Assembly (NCBI GenBank): GCA_964057225.1
Contig: OZ059897.1
Span: forward strand, 5,518,001-5,582,000
DNA length: 64,000 nucleotides
Source of the DNA: Auanema rhodensis
Lineage: Eukaryota; Animalia; Nematoda
Direction: 5' to 3'
Shown: one piece after another, positions 24,559 to 37,800 of the stretch
Numbering within the stretch: the first letter of the stretch is position 1
How the letters are laid out: each line of letters opens with the position of its first letter
Translations under genes and position numbers: made by a program
The notes under the pieces: model-generated
Seen by the model: the letters and a program-made list of their open reading frames with translations, nothing else
What the model was told of the DNA's origin: nothing
Database searches by the model: none

Positions 24559-26551
24559 GTTAATAGCAACTAAGTTAAGTATGCATATACATATAGTACT
24601 CTATCTCGAGACAGTAAGTATGAAACAGCAGGAGGAACAGATGTTACACACCGTATGTCCCATGGAGATATAATGTATAGAATTATCGATGGATGAGATT
24701 CTTTGATTGGCATCTCAATAGAATAATCGAAAATAATGTTTTTATGGAAAACTAATCAAGAATGTGATTATCTGTATGTGACGATCTACATATATACTCA
24801 AATGAATAATCTTTCGTTATTCAGATTTCTCATAAAGAATTGAGAATGTGATATTACTATCTTTGGATTTTTTGTTTATATTAAAAGTGGCTACTGCTCT
24901 AAAGGATATGGTTTTGACATTCGCAATGTCTCCTACAAATGGCTTGAGCATTGAAATTGCCGACATCATTGCCGACATTTTCTTTTTCTGTTAGCCGTCC
25001 GGAATTACTAGCGGATCAGACCGATCCGTTTTGGGCAGACATGCTACGAAGTAAGGCAGCTGGGCCATATTTCGAACGTATTTGTATGTGTATCAACAGG
25101 AAGCAATATTGCCTGCACGTACTGAAGAGCTTTGTCTTCTGTGGCTCTCATTCTTACATTCTCTTTACCCTCTATTTCTTCAGTCCCCCCCCTCTCTTTT
25201 TCTTTATTGCTTACTCTTAAATTCTGTTCTTCCCACTGCCTCATCTGTCTATGCTGGCTGCATTGTCATCGATGTTAGCCAGCTAGTAAATGGTGCTTTC
25301 TTCCGTTTCTAGGCTTAGTCGTCATCTGATTCATGAGGTCAATTGTTTTTCCGTCAACTGGTCAGCCCTTGAATCTAATAGTCGACCACATGGCTGCCTT
25401 AGTCAAGCTCCGCCCCTCAGGCAGCATATATGGTGGTCCTAATGCTAATCGAGATTGTTCGTCATACTATTTCGCTTTTTTCTCTCTGTCTCCATCTTTC
25501 TATTTCTCCATCTGCTCTCCTTTCTACAATTCTCTTTCTTCTATATCTAGCTATTGCTCGTTCTTATTCTACAGCATGCTTCCCACCCTCTCCTCTCTCT
25601 TGGAGTACGAGAAAGGAAAGCAGTAGTTAGAGAGAAATAGACAGATTGAGAGTGAGTCGACATATACAGAGTCAGGGAAGCAGGGAAAGAGCTGGACCTC
25701 CTCCATTCAGCCATATCCTCTTCCTTCTATCCCCCTAACGCTTGCTGCTGCTTGAAGCCATTTTTGGGTGCCCTCAAGGCACCTACTCTTATATTCTTAG
25801 ATTCATTGAATGTGATTTCATGACTTCTACGACCATGAACATTATGACAAGCCTCATATGACATTCATTATTTTGACAATTAGATTCAAGTCAACCATAC
25901 AATTCCAGCTGATACAATGCTATTCTTCTAGTAGCTCATATTCAGTCCCCACGCTCTCCCCTTCTGGACGCCAAAATCTAAAAGTTCACTCTCTATACAT
26001 TTATCTTTATGCACTTAACTTGGTCGTTCGATTACAGGTTCTGTAGAATCCAATGTACTTACCGGTTTCTCAGACCCTGTATTCGATCGGCTCAAGTTTA
26101 CAGTTATATATCAGAAATATTCAATGTAGCAGCAATGTTTTCAATCAGAGTAGATACACATAGCTCGATTATACATCATTGTCCAAATAGTTGTGACAGT
26201 TTCAAAAGACTTTAAACATAAAATGTGCTTTTCTTGCATAATAATAGCTTTTCTGTATTCAGATTCTGGTACAACCATCTACAGATCCTACAGCATTGTC
26301 ATGTATTCGTACTTTACTTGAAAATGCTGGAATCAGTGAAATCACAAGTGAACAGGCTAGTACAGCCAATGAGTAAGTTTAAGAACAATTTGATATAAAT
26401 TAGAAAAATATTTCTAATAAATATTTGCAGAATGATGGAAAATTCCAAAAATAAAGGATTCGAAGGATCTGTATCAAACATGAATAACATCATCTTTTCG
26501 CTATTTCCCCAGCGAAAACCAATTGATCATACTCATTCAATCATGCACTAA
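18946..26551 (+). CDS. Degenerate Rossmann-fold protein resembling the 3-hydroxyacyl-CoA dehydrogenase NAD-binding domain, about 215 aa, 6 exons, with a 6.7-kb intron 4 (19552-26262)
   Basis: MPATLILGGDRLAFTLARLLCSSGERVYLMG forms a beta-alpha-beta start. The chain continues LKKRLENIQFCNRMEEVGRDLKAVVV, YQPLELTKMAQ|ILVQPSTDPTALSCIRTLLENAG (resembling the HADH 'NPV..M.LVEV......T...' segment) and ends HTHSIMH*. Splice phases match across the long intron. Confidence 0.65.
22729..22799 (-). ncRNA. Pre-miRNA hairpin 2, miR-2/miR-43 seed family; predicted mature 3p UAUCACAGUAUUCUUUCUGCGA (22756-22735)
   Basis: GUCCGUUAGUAGGAAGAUUCUAGUGAAAUCGG-uuugagu-UUGAUAUCACAGUAUUCUUUCUGCGAAUGGAC forms an imperfect stem of about 27 bp. 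It carries the same seed as hairpin 1, 200 nt away on the same strand. Confidence 0.85.
22924..23016 (-). ncRNA. Pre-miRNA hairpin 1, miR-2/miR-43 seed family; predicted mature 3p UAUCACAGUUCCUGUUGUUGCA (22957-22936)
   Basis: The 5' arm CUGUUCGAUGACAGGAUCCGUAUAUACC pairs with the 3' arm GGUAUCACAGUUCCUGUUGUUGCACAG, with an extra basal stem UUGAA/UUCAA. The seed starts near the loop on the 3' arm, as in miR-2-family precursors. Confidence 0.75.
23403..23446 (-). promoter_or_regulatory. Putative core promoter of the antisense pri-miRNA (two GC boxes plus TATA)
   Basis: The minus strand reads GCTCCGCCT-N8-GCTCCGCCTC-N11-TATATAT about 400 nt upstream of hairpin 1. A minus-strand AATAAA lies at 22643-22638, downstream of hairpin 2. 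Confidence 0.45.
24498..24555 (+). repeat. (GA)n microsatellite
   Basis: About 28 GA units. Confidence 0.95.
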
Positions 26552-29207
26552 CTGAATTTTAATCTAATTACTCAGTAACTCTTCACTCCAATCTTAACAA
26601 CTTGTATTTATAAAATCAAAGTTAAACTTTGAAATAGAATAGAATGAAGAATCAGACTCAGTTTGTTGTAATTATACTGTGCTATTCTGCTAATAAATTA
26701 TCTTCGTTCCGTATAGTTTTTACTATATTTGCCATCTAATATTTTTTTTAAATATTGCAAAAACTTCAAAGAAAAAGCAATGTTTTTGCAAAAATACAGG
26801 AATATCGTACAGCGACTTATGCTAGTTTGAAATCAAACAAATAAAATATGTTTAAAAGCTTCAAAGAAAGAAATGAAAAAATATTTTTATGAAAATATTT
26901 ACGTGAACCTTACGTGTCAGGTTTTCATTTTAAGGTGACATTGCTGCAGAAATGGTTGATTCCGCTGTGGAGATGAAGCAAGTTTAAGATTTTTATTCAA
27001 AAAAAAAGAAAGAAAGTGTGAAATTTGAAAAAAATTTATTATATACTATATTTCCTTTTATTCTGGATAACCTTCTCCCATTTTTCTTTCAGCTTTCCGA
27101 TTCCGTTTCTGAAAAATATTTTACTTTTAGATGCAAAAAATATAAATAAATAGACTTTTACTTATTTTCTTTCTTTTCGTATGTTTGAATTTTTAAAACT
27201 AAAAATAAAAAATAAAATATCTAACTCAATTCTATCTTTCTTACCGCAGTTGCAACTTTGAATTCAAACTTAAAGTTATAACTTTATTTAAAACTTAAAT
27301 TGATATTCCATTTATTAATAATCATCATCATTATGTTGTATACATATAAATAACATAAAATTATATTTTGATCACGATGTTCAGCTTCAAGTTATCAATG
27401 AGTTGTATGGAATTACATGCGTTTTTGCAAAAATTCATTTTTTTTAGTGATAAGAGCTTTAAGACAAATATAATATTTTTAAAACAAACAAAAGAAATAT
27501 GAACTTAGGATGATCCAATATATGTTTTGAAAGAGTTTTGTCCCATTTATAGATTTGTTATTTTCGTATTCAACTACTGTATTAATGCCTAAGTCTTCAG
27601 AATTTGTTTTCAATTCACTTTTTGTTCATCACTCAACCGGAAAAAACCGTTTTGAAGTACATGTTCAACAATAATTTATTTTATAAAATTAAAATCATTC
27701 TAATTATAATTCATTAATTTGAATAACTATTTATATAATACTATAATAATAGTTTTCTTTAAAAATTTTTTTTTGTCAAAATTCTTTTCCATTTCTCTAA
27801 GTTCCAAATAAATTCGCAAAATGTGTAATCATGTTTGCCAATTAACTGTAATCTTACCTAACCGGAAACAATTTTTTGTTTGTAATTACTGACTGATTTT
27901 TGAAAGCTTATCGACAAATATAGTTTTATAGTCCATCCTTTTTAAATAATTTATTATAGTTTATAAAGAAAATTAATGTTTTAACATGTATTCTTAATAT
28001 TTTTTGATCGATTTGGTTTATAGATTAGTCTACGAAAGCCTATAAATCTTTCATCTTTGCTTTTTTCTCTTTCTATCGTAACCAAAGCAAGTTTTTAACC
28101 ATTATGAACCGAAAAAATTAATGTTGATCCTTTTTTAAAGATGTGTTGTCCTTCGTTTACAAAATACTTAATTCGATTTCGTCCAAAGTACATAGATAAT
28201 TTAACCAAAAATTCTTTTTTTTCTTCACTTTATTCGGATCTTTATGGAAACATCATGACGATAATTGTTTTATGATACTTACAAGTTGTAACATGAAATG
28301 GAATTTCATTCATTTTTCCTCTTTATCAATCTTTCTAATTCAATGTTTCTATTAATCTTAAAAGATTTTAATATCTATTTAATAAAAACCTGATATATTC
28401 ATAATGTTTAAGCCTTATTTATGCTTTATATTTTTAAAATAAAAATCAATTTAATAATCTTGATATTTTTTCATTTGAATATCAAAATAATATTTTTGTC
28501 TAAATCTTTCAAGATATATAATGACGTATAGTTTATTATTAAAATTATTATAAATATATATATACTGTATTCATATGACATAAATAGTATTAAGCACTAT
28601 TTATCACTTATATTCCTATTACTATCATCAATTAACCCTCCGCCCCTCTCTTTCTATATATATATCTTCTCTTTTCTTTTCCTTTTTTTTTGTTTGTTAC
28701 TGATCATTCTAATTTTCTGTTCATTTCTTTCTTCATATTCCTGAAATTTTCGTTTTCTTTTTAAACTTTTAGTTTCATAAAATGTTTAATCAAAATGTAA
28801 CCTGGAACTTTCCTTAAACAAGTTTAAATATCGTTAACTACATGTCATCAATAAAACATTCTCACTTTCTTCTTTATCGTTTCAGCCATTTCCTCTTTCA
28901 TGATCAAGTTCATCATTGGATTATTCGTTTATTCTATATGTTTGTGAGTCTTGTATTTATATTTCAGAACGTCCTTAGTGCCATTAACGAAAACCCAAAA
29001 CTATGAATAGAGAAAGTAAAAAAAAAAGAAAAAGAATCAAAAAAGAATATGTGTCTATAGAGAAACAGAGAAAAAGAATGAGTCGAATAGTGGATGTAGG
29101 CAATCTGGAAGTAGACATAATAAAGTAAAAGCATAAGAATTATAAGCTGAATTCAATTCCGCTGTCGTTTGAGTTAACTTCTAGGTACCAGCTTTATTCA
29201 TGCTTGA

Positions 29208-29232
29208 ATCTCTCTCTCTTTCTGTCTCTCTT

Positions 29233-29275
<43 letters not shown>
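29208..29275 (+). repeat. (CT)n microsatellite
   Basis: Imperfect TC run upstream of CAT paralog 1. Confidence 0.9.
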
Positions 29276-29277
<2 letters not shown>

Positions 29278-29673
29278 AAATCTCTATTTTATTGTATACA
29301 TCAATATATTTATATATTTAGTTAAATATTATAATTTTACTTAAAATTATATCTGTCATTTCAAATATATGTATGTATATTTGCCATATGATTTGGTTCT
29401 TTTGTTGATCCATGGATTTCTCATTTGCAGACATTTTTCTCATCGGTAGTCAGCCATTTTTTCCGGTTACATGCCAGTCAACTCGAGAATTGAGGTCTAT
29501 CCAGTTTATTTTTCTGGATAATTTGCTTTCAATCTCTACCTTTGCATTGTATTCAACTTTTTGCCATTTCAATTCATTCTTTGAACTTATTTTTATCTGA
29601 ACAAGTGATTTAAAAAGAAAAAAGAAGTATATTCTAGCATACTTCATCATATACTCGTAGATCAGAAACTTAA

Positions 29674-32648
29674 ATGTTCCGTCAATCATGGTTCACATCT
29701 CTTTTTCGTAAGAAAACATTTCAAAATGGTGAGTACAATCTTTATCTTTTATTTCTATTCATCTATACCATGTTTTAGATGTTTTGTCTACCAATTTGAA
29801 GCGATGCCTATCCACTCTAGATGTAACATGTCTAGCTTTAGGTCAGATGATCGGCGCTGGAATTTACGTACTTACAGGTTTTATTCTCACACTTGTACTT
29901 TTCTAACATCTATAATTAGGAAATGTCGTTCGTGAAAAAGCTGGACCATCTGTTGTATTTTCCTTCTTATTCGCTGGTATTGCAGCTCTTCTATCAGCTT
30001 TCAGTTATGCTGAGTTTGGAGCCCGGTAAGTGCTAAGACAAAACAGTTCTCTCTGATTACAGTTGTTCTCATTATAAGAAGAAAATGATTTTATAGGTTT
30101 CCTCGAGCTGGAAGTGCTTATACGTATACATACGTAGGAATTGGAGAAGTCTGGGCTTTTGCCATCGGTTGGACAGTTATTTTGGAATACATGATTGGCT
30201 CTGCAGGTATAAATTATATTTTATATACTTTTGCATACATATAAAAATATTTTTATTATATTTAAAAAACTTAAATTGTTTTTTTTTCAGCCGTAGCACG
30301 ATCATGGTCGGGATATTTTGATTCGTTGATTGACAATCGAATTCAAAATTGGACTATTGAAAACCTTGGTCGATTAAGCGGAGTAAGTTCTTAAGTTTAT
30401 AAAATTGAATAATAGAAATATGATTTTGAACTAACTTTTATTTCTTTTTTTATAGGACAATGGTTTCTTCAGCAACCATTTTGATCTTTTAGCTTTTGTA
30501 CTTATCTGTTTATGTGCTATAGTTATTGCAAATGGTGCAAAATCGTCAGCTACCTTCAATACTATTTTCGTTTTTATAAATTTGGCGGTAATTGACTGAA
30601 TAACGAATATGAAAAAAGTAAAAGACAACTTTTCTATAGATTTTGGGCTTTGTGATTGTGTCTGGATTCTTATATGCTGACTTTAGCAATTGGTTTGGAA
30701 CAACTTCAACGGGAGTTTCAAAGTAAGTTATGGTTACATTCAGTGAATCAAATTGCTGCTCTACCTGAAGTTCAACATTCAATGTTTCAAGCCTATTGTT
30801 TTCCTTACTTATAGATTCTTTCCGTATGGACTAGGTGGCACATTAGCTGGAGCTGCAACGTGCTTCTTTTCTTTCATCGGATTTGAAATCTTAGCTACAG
30901 CAGGAGAAGAAGCTAAAAGTACAAAAATTTACAAACAAACATCTGAAACAACAATATGTTCTTACAGACCCTCGTACAGCTATTCCAATTTCAACGTTTT
31001 TATCTTTGGGATCTGTTACCTTAATATATATTCTGATGGGATCAGCATTAACATTGATGGTTCCATATGATCAGGTATGATTCAATATCATTAAATTAAC
31101 TTGATTTCAAAAAATAATCATAAAATAGTTTTCAATTCAATAAGAAAAGTATAATATAAACTGAATCGCTTAGCGTTTTTTTACGTATTTTTCACGTAAA
31201 CTATTGACGTCACTCACGTGTAATACTCATTTCCTTCAAAAAATATCTGTTGCACGGTTGCTTTTTCTTGAAATTCTAATAATAAAAATAGTAAATTATT
31301 GAATTTTTCCAGATTAGCTCAACTGCTGGATTCGCGGATGCTTTTCAAAGTCGTGGAGCTACCGTCGCACGTTATGTTGTAACCATTGGCGCATTAGCTG
31401 GAATGACTAATAACTTGGTATGTTTTAAGTTAAAATAATTGTATTTATTTATTATGATATTGTTTAGTTAACAAGTATTTTTGCTTTACCAAGAGCTGTC
31501 TATGCAATGGCTTCAGACGGTTTGATTTTCAGCTTCTTTGCTACTGTCAATAAACGTCTTCAGGTATGATATTTCTACATAATCATAGAACAAAATATTA
31601 TTTTATACTATCAGATTCCATTGAATGCCGTCATTGTATTTACTCTTATTAATGCTTTATTTGCTGCTGTATTTGATCTTGATACTCTTATCGAATTCCT
31701 TTCTATAGGTAAAATTTATAATCTTTTAAGTATTAAAATAATAATTATATTTGAAGGAACATTAATGGCTTATTCATTTGTTTCTGTATGTGTTATTCTA
31801 TTAAGATATGAAATACATGAACAGGGAGAAGGTATTTAGAATAATATTAATAGATTAAAGAATATATTCATTTGTATAGAAAATCGTTTAAAGAATTGGG
31901 TACCAGCTCATAAAACAATAGAATCTTTTACACGAGGATGTTCTGTTATCTATAGTTTAGTCATTTTAATAATTGGCTTCTTCTGGATTGCATTAACTAT
32001 TCGAATAGGTATGTAATATATTAATTTATAATTAACTATGTGTGATGTACATGATGAATGTTATAATATTTCATCTATTTATATAATTATTTAATTTCAT
32101 TTAAGCTGGGATCGACACTAATGTAGGAATAGTAAATCTAGTCAGTGGTACATTCATAAGCTTGATTGGTTTCATAGGCTTACTGTCACATGAGCAAAAT
32201 AATGACAACTTAGCGTTCAAGGTACAGCAGGATATAGAGAATATTTACAAATACAATACATATAGTTGAAATTACATGAGATAAAGATTAATTTTTGATC
32301 AGAATTTCGAAAAAAACAACTTTTTTTTTTAAATTATAAACAAATTTATTTATAATAAATTATATATTTAGGTGCCTCTTGTGCCATTGATACCAAGCAT
32401 ATCACTTCTAGTTAACATCTTCATGATATCTTACTTAGATCCTTTAACCTGGGTTCGATTAGTTGCATGGATGGTTATAGGTAATTAAATAACTTATTTC
32501 ATATAATAAATAATCTAAAAACACATAATATATTTTCTTTTTTTAAGGATTTGTTATTTACTTTGGATATGGATATTTTCATAGTGAAGAAAGAAAAAAA
32601 GCTAAAAATTCAACAAGTCAAGTATATCCTGAATCAATCAAATTGTAA
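29674..32648 (+). CDS. Cationic amino-acid transporter (SLC7A1-4/CAT family, APC superfamily), paralog 1
   Basis: Motifs [97 protein letters not shown] and TWVRLVAWM, across about 16 exons. Confidence 0.95.
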
Positions 32649-34874
32649 AATCAACATAAAACAATATATAATATTATAATTATTATTATATGAATTGAAA
32701 TATTGTATTGTATTCATGAAAATTGGTTGCTCTTTACTGAGTTCTTTGAGTTTTATTGAAATTTTGTATTCGCATTAGTCAACCTAGTCGGCTTGAACGG
32801 GTTGTTCTACTTAACCTTTCCATATTTCTCTTTTCTTTTTCTCTTTGTCCCTTTCTCTTTCTCTTATTTTCTCTCTCTTTCTCTATCTCTTTTTGATTAT
32901 CTCACATTTTCTTTGAATATATTTCGTTATTCCCTTTCAATACCTCCTCACACCTTTTCTCTCTACTATTCTTTTCTACTCGCTCTCTCTCTCTCTCTCA
33001 TCTTTCTACCTATATCTGGCCGCATTTTTAAAAACTTTTTTTTCAATTTTTGAATGTAATTTGCAAAATATAAATAAAATTGTTTTATTTTTATGATATA
33101 TATAGATATGTATATGTATTTATGTATAAATGTTTCTATATTCGTTTTTGGTTTCTTTTCCAAAAAAAAAATGAAATAGTTATTGAAAAAATGAGTAAAT
33201 TCATACAATTTACGCCTCATAGATCAAAGACATTGAAATGCAAAAATAATTTGAAGATTAAACTCAGTTATTATGGGTTACAAAAGGTGTCAGCATTCAT
33301 CACACAGATCATACAACAGACCAACAGACTAAAACGGATATCCAGTTATACCATTAAGTCAATCGGTTGCTAATTCAGTTAGCGTGTGCGGTACTCACAC
33401 ACAATGTCCTCGTACATCATCATTTTTTGAACTTTTTAGTTCGTTATCATTGGCTTCTCTGAAGTACACACAGAGAAACATTTATTCAATTTTATTTTCA
33501 ATCTTTTATCATCACTATCATCATATTTCTATCCAAAAATCTATATGAATATTCTAAATATATATATATATATTCTCAAATAGTATTATGGTAGTAAGTA
33601 TAGGTTAAAATTGATGTTAGATGTCAACTAATGTCTAGTATATTATATATATATATATGCATATATAACTATATAACTATATATGAAAATAACATGAAAA
33701 TAAAAATAAATTGTGGTAAAAGTACTACAGTAATCTCAACATCTTCATTGAAATATTTTGAAAATCATCTTAACCTAACAAGTGGATCATAAGTGATTTA
33801 TCACCATATTACTTTTATTCAATATATATGTTGTTAGCCTTTTAGCCTCCTTTGTTTTTGCTATCTTTTATAACTTGATCCTTTAGTTTAAGCCTAAGCT
33901 TCAATAAAAAAACTTGGAATGTACTTACATATTGGTATAAAGAGTGAAAAAGAGATGAAACATGACTTCAGTTGTATCAACTTGATGATAATTCTTCTTC
34001 ATATTTATTCATAGTTTTCCACCAGATTATAGTTTTCTGTCGATTATATTTCTCTTTGTAATCATGTGATATTCACAAGAATTTGAATAATTATTCATTT
34101 AGTTATATACAAGCATTTAAGTTACATCGAAAGATAACATTTTTATATTTACTGAAACTATTTTTGTATTTTTTTGAATATTTTCTTCTTTTTTTTGATC
34201 TTTGTATCAAATATTATAATATTTTCATTATAAATCATCATCATCTACATCATTATCATCTCTTTCTTTATGTGAATTGATACATCTTGATCTCTGAATA
34301 CACATACATACTATATAACATTATCAAATCCAGTAGTTAGTTATCCTATAGTTACCAGGACATATAACTATAAATATAAAATTTTATAAATTTATATTGT
34401 ATGTGATAAAATATAAAATATCCATATATACATATTCATATTTCATTTTAAAACAAAAACTTATAAAAATCATGTATAAATAATATTATAAGTCAATTAA
34501 AAGTTTCAACAAAGGACGTCGTCAATTTGAAATTTTTTCCAAATCTGTACCTATCTATCCGGTTTTTTTTCTTTATTTCATATTATATACATATATGTAT
34601 ATGTATAGATATGAAAAGATAAAGAAGAATTTAGATATCAATTGATTTTGATAATAAAATCTTGTAATGAAAAGCACGTGAATTTAGATATATCTTCATG
34701 CTTTACATAGAACTGGATCATTTAGTCCAAAATGTTCTATCATATTGACCAGATGGCATGCCAGCTTATCATCTAAGTTATTCAGAATTTCTCATTTAAA
34801 TATTTTATATTCTATAATTTTTCTTATATTTTATGCTTGATTAGATTGATAATAACCTTTTTTTTCTTTTAAGT

Positions 34875-37800
34875 ATGCATCATACAACGTTCTTGGTTAA
34901 CCTATTTCGGAAAAAAACTTTTGAAAAAGGAGGTAATATCACTTCTAGTTATCTATATATTATTAAAATATATTCTTTTAATTTAGGCCAACTTGAATCT
35001 GAACTCAAACGATGCCTATCCGTTTTCGATATTATGTTTATTGCTGTAGGGCATATGATTGGAGCTGGAATTTTTGTGTTAACAGGTAACAATAATTAAT
35101 ACAAAAACTTATAATTCTTAATTATTCATTATATAAAGGATCTGTAACACATAATCAAGCTGGCCCTTCCATCATATTTTCATTCCTTCTTGCTGGATTT
35201 GCAGCCCTTCTATCCGCATTTAGTTATGCTGAGTTCGGAGCTAGGTGAGTATTTTTATTTTTATTTCCAATATTTCATATTAATTTTATTTCCGATCAAA
35301 ATCAATATTTATATAATAAAATAAAGAAAAAAGAGAGAATAATAGAAAGAAAAACGTTTACAAACCTTTCCAAAAATTTGACAATAAAGTTGAGTAATCC
35401 AGAGTGTTTTTGAACATTCTTTTGGCCTTGAAACATTTCATTTCCGGAAATTCCTGTTATGACACAGATTATCAATTGTTTTTGTGTTGTTCTGTCAATA
35501 TTTTGATTGTCATGGCTTTAGAAAAAAATGTTTGATTTCATCTAAATATGAGCTTTTTTATTTAAAAAATATGGAACAAACATATCAATAGGTATCCACG
35601 AGCCGGCAGTGCTTATACTTATGCATATGTTGGCTTGGGCGAACTCTGGGCATTCATTATTGGTTGGACAGTATTATTAGAATACATGATAGGAAATGCT
35701 GGTAATGCTTAAACTTTATGACAGATTATATTCAATTGTTATAGCTGTGGCTCGTTCCTGGTCAGCTTACTTTGATTCATTGTTGGATTATCGCATAAAA
35801 AATTTGACTTTAACCCATATTGGCCACTTAAGTGATGTAAACTCAAATTTTACTCCAAGTTCAAAAGTTTAAGCTGGAATTCTTTTAAGGGCACAGGATT
35901 CTTCAGTGATTATCCTGATTTATTGGCATTTTTATTACTTGTTGTTGTTGCCATAGCCGTTGCTATTGGTTCGAAAGCATCAGCAAGTATGAATTCAGTA
36001 TTTGTATTGCTCAACTGTGCTGTAAGATTAAAGAATATCATTCAGAATATATATGAAAGTTCTTTCAGGTTTTATGTTTTGTCATTGTATATGGCTTAAC
36101 ATATGCTGATTTTAATAATTGGATTGGATATACTGAAACGGGTGTAAACAAGTATGGTACATCAGCAATAGCATAAGTAATACTACATGTTGTAGATTCT
36201 TCCCATTTGGTGTTGGAGGAACATTAAACGGAGCTGCTACTTGTTTTTTTGCATTTATTGGGTTTGAAGCTCTTGGATCAGCTGGAGAAGAAGCTAAAAG
36301 TATTCAATGTTCTTTAACTATAGCTTAACAAGAAAATTAAATTTAGAGCCACATCGTACTATACCATTGGCTATTTTTGGTTCATTAGCTTTGGTCACAG
36401 TTTTGTATGTTTTGATGGCTACAACATTGACTTTAATGGTTCCATATGAGGAGGTACAAACTTTATTATTGTATTTAACTATGCAATTGGATTCAATCAA
36501 TGACTTTTAGGTTCACGAATCAGCTGCCTTTGCTGAAGCTTTTCGTGCCCGTGGGGCAACAGTGGCTCAATATGTTATAACTATTGGTGCTTTATGTGGA
36601 ATGTTAAATAATATTGTAAATTTTTTTTATTATTATCTTGTATAAAAATCTTTTTTTTTCTAGGTTACCGGAACATTTGCATTACCTCGTAGTGTATATG
36701 CTATGGCTGCTGATGGACTTATCTTCAATTTTTTTGCAAAAATCAATAAAACAACAAGAGTATAATACTTTATTTACAAATTAAAACTAGAAAAATATTA
36801 ATTAAGGTACCACTAAATGCTATAATAGCAGCAACAGTTCTTAATGGTTGTGTAGCTACAGTATTTGACCTTAAAGCTCTAGTTGATTTTCTATCAATTG
36901 GTAAACTACCGTAATCCAATATTAATTTTTCTTATAAAATATATTTTTAGGAACATTATTTGCTTATTCTATTGTATCTGCTTGTGTACTAATCTTACGT
37001 TATCAACCAGCACCAATAGATGATGATTTGGATAAAATGGATGATGGTCAGTTTTACCTAACTTTCGTTGTAAATGTTTCTCAAAACTTGTTCTAAACAT
37101 CTTTACATCTATCACCCTGCTAATACGTTCATCTGATTCAAAATATTATTGTGTGTGTTAAGGAGGAACACTTGCCACATGGATTCCGTTCCGGGAGTTT
37201 TGGGAAAATCAGCCTAAAGGCCAATCAATCACGGTTGCTGTTGTTGTTATGATAGTGGGAGATTTTTGGTTAGCACTCAGCTGTGGGGCAGGTTTGATTA
37301 AGAAGTTCGAAGAACAGAGTTAACTTCATTCACATGAATTCAGAAGCATATAACTCAGTTGGTGGAATAATCATGATGGCATTTAGTGTGTTACTCATTG
37401 CATTATCATTTTTTTTCATACTTGGTCATAAACAGAATTCTCTTGAACTTTCATTTAAGGTATTTTTCTTCTATTTCTTATAATTATTTTGGAATATTTT
37501 GTATATTATAGGTTCCTTTAATACCTTATATACCTGCACTTGGATTACTAATCAATGTTTTTATGATGGCATTTCTTAATGGTCTCACATGGCTTCGTAT
37601 GGTTGGATGGATGTTGATTGGTAAAAAAAATTTTAATTTATATTAATCCTAATATAAGGAAAATACAAGTCTTATTACCCCTTGAAAAGACAAAGGGCTC
37701 CAAAAATTGATACAAGGGTCTTACAAAGACCACGTTACAAATTGCAAAATGCTTGCTGATCACAACAGTCTGACGTGTACAGTCACATTAGTTCGCCGTA

